A DNA stretch of 48,985 nt. Source: Phycisphaeraceae bacterium (GTDB taxonomy: Bacteria > Planctomycetota > Phycisphaerae > Phycisphaerales > Zrk34). The notes beneath the pieces were generated by a model, which had not been told where the DNA came from, searched no databases, and worked only from the letters and a program-made list of their open reading frames with translations. A program made the translations under genes and the position numbers. Location of the stretch: the NCBI GenBank assembly GCA_040905565.1, contig JBBDRF010000089.1, positions 1-48,985 on the forward strand, read 5' to 3'. Positions 48,039 through 48,985 of this stretch are shown piece by piece. Numbering within the stretch: the first letter of the stretch is position 1; each line of letters starts with the position of its first letter.

Positions 48039-48893
48039 TCAGGGCCGGACGAGGTCGCGGAGGGTCTGGAGGTTGATGGTGTCCCAGTCGCGGCCGTCGG
48101 GGGCTTTGGCTTTGGGCGTTTCCAGAATCTTGGGGATGGCGGCGAGGTGGGGATGGTTGACGATTTCGGCGAAGGCTTCGACGGCGACATGGCCGTGGCC
48201 GATGTGCTCGTGGCGATCGACGCGGGAGCCGAGGGGGGTTTTGGAATCGTTGACGTGAAGGGCGAGCACACGCTCCATGCCGACGACGTCGTCGAGTTCC
48301 TGAAGGAAGGCCTGAGCGCCGGCTGCGGAGGTGAGGTCGTAGCCGCCGGCGAGTGCGTGGGCGGTATCGATGCAGACGCCGAGGCGTTCGGGTTCGCCGA
48401 CAGTGTCGATAATGGTGCGGAGGTGCTCAAGGCGGTAGCCGAGCGCGGTGCCCTGCCCCGCGGTGTTCTCCAGGCAGGTGATGGTGCGGTAGCCGGGCAG
48501 CTGGGCGTGGACGAGGTCGATGCCGGCGGCGATGGCTTTGAGGCCCGCCTCCTCGCCAAGCTTCATGTGCGAGCCGGGGTGCGCCACGAGCAGCGGGACC
48601 GCGAGCGCTTCGCAACGTTCGATCTCATCACGGAAGAGCGCGAGGGACTTGGCGAGCGTTTCTTCGTTGATCGCTGCGAGGTTGATCAGGTAGCTGTCGT
48701 GGCTGATGACGTGGTCGATGCCGGTGGAGCGGCGATGCTCGTGCCAGGTTTGAATCTGCGCATCGGTTAGGGGCGGCGCGTGCCATTGGCGTTGATTCTT
48801 GGTGAAGATCTGGACGCAGTCGCAATGGAGGTCGACGGCGGCGGTGAGGGCGTTCTGCAGGCCGCCTGCGATGGAGAGGTGCGATCCGAACAT
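48039..48893 (-). CDS. nfo: Endonuclease IV (AP endonuclease)
   Basis: GSHLSIAGG, QIFTKNQRQW, HDSYLINL, HPGSH, LENTAGQG, CIDTAH, HVNDSK..GSRVDRHEHIG, ILETPK. Confidence 0.96.
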   Translation of the reverse strand: MFGSHLSIAGGLQNALTAAVDLHCDCVQIFTKNQRQWHAPPLTDAQIQTWHEHRRSTGIDHVISHDSYLINLAAINEETLAKSLALFRDEIERCEALAVPLLVAHPGSHMKLGEEAGLKAIAAGIDLVHAQLPGYRTITCLENTAGQGTALGYRLEHLRTIIDTVGEPERLGVCIDTAHALAGGYDLTSAAGAQAFLQELDDVVGMERVLALHVNDSKTPLGSRVDRHEHIGHGHVAVEAFAEIVNHPHLAAIPKILETPKAKAPDGRDWDTINLQTLRDLVRP

Positions 48894-48985
48894 GAGCGGA
48901 GGTACTCGGGGATTGGGGGGGCGGGGGAAGTGGGGGGTCCTCCCGCCACGACGACCAGGTCATCGAGGCCGGCCGCGGCCAGGCT

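Overview
High-GC chromosomal window, most likely from a planctomycete (probably Phycisphaerae; inferred from the DUF1501 and DUF1549/1553 pair, a planctomycete-type cytochrome c protein, PEP-CTERM proteins and a sulfatase). It carries lexA, a GT4 glycosyltransferase, lutABC, a GH57 hydrolase, a PP2C phosphatase, gluQ, purN, transketolase, a 12.7 kb minus-strand flagellar cluster (motA-motB-fliL-fliN-fliOPQR-flhB-flhA-flhF-flhG-hyp-fliA), queA, acs, lysS, moaA, a sulfatase and nfo. I recognised no rRNA, tRNA, CRISPR array or transposase. The most unusual observations are: (1) an orphan Hcp (T6SS tube) domain rebuilt as a Sec-exported, PEP-CTERM-anchored protein; (2) a 252-aa ORF co-transcribed with lexA that overlaps it out of frame by 212 nt, ends near a clamp-motif-like QSTLF, and sits under a clear sigma70 promoter overlapped by a candidate LexA operator; (3) two families of REP/MITE-like palindromic elements, one copy apparently translated inside the FliP leader; (4) a sigma28-type promoter heading the whole motor/export/fliA cluster; (5) kb-scale C-rich/G-rich strand-skew domains that ignore gene orientation. 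All calls come from reading motifs by eye; no database searches were run.
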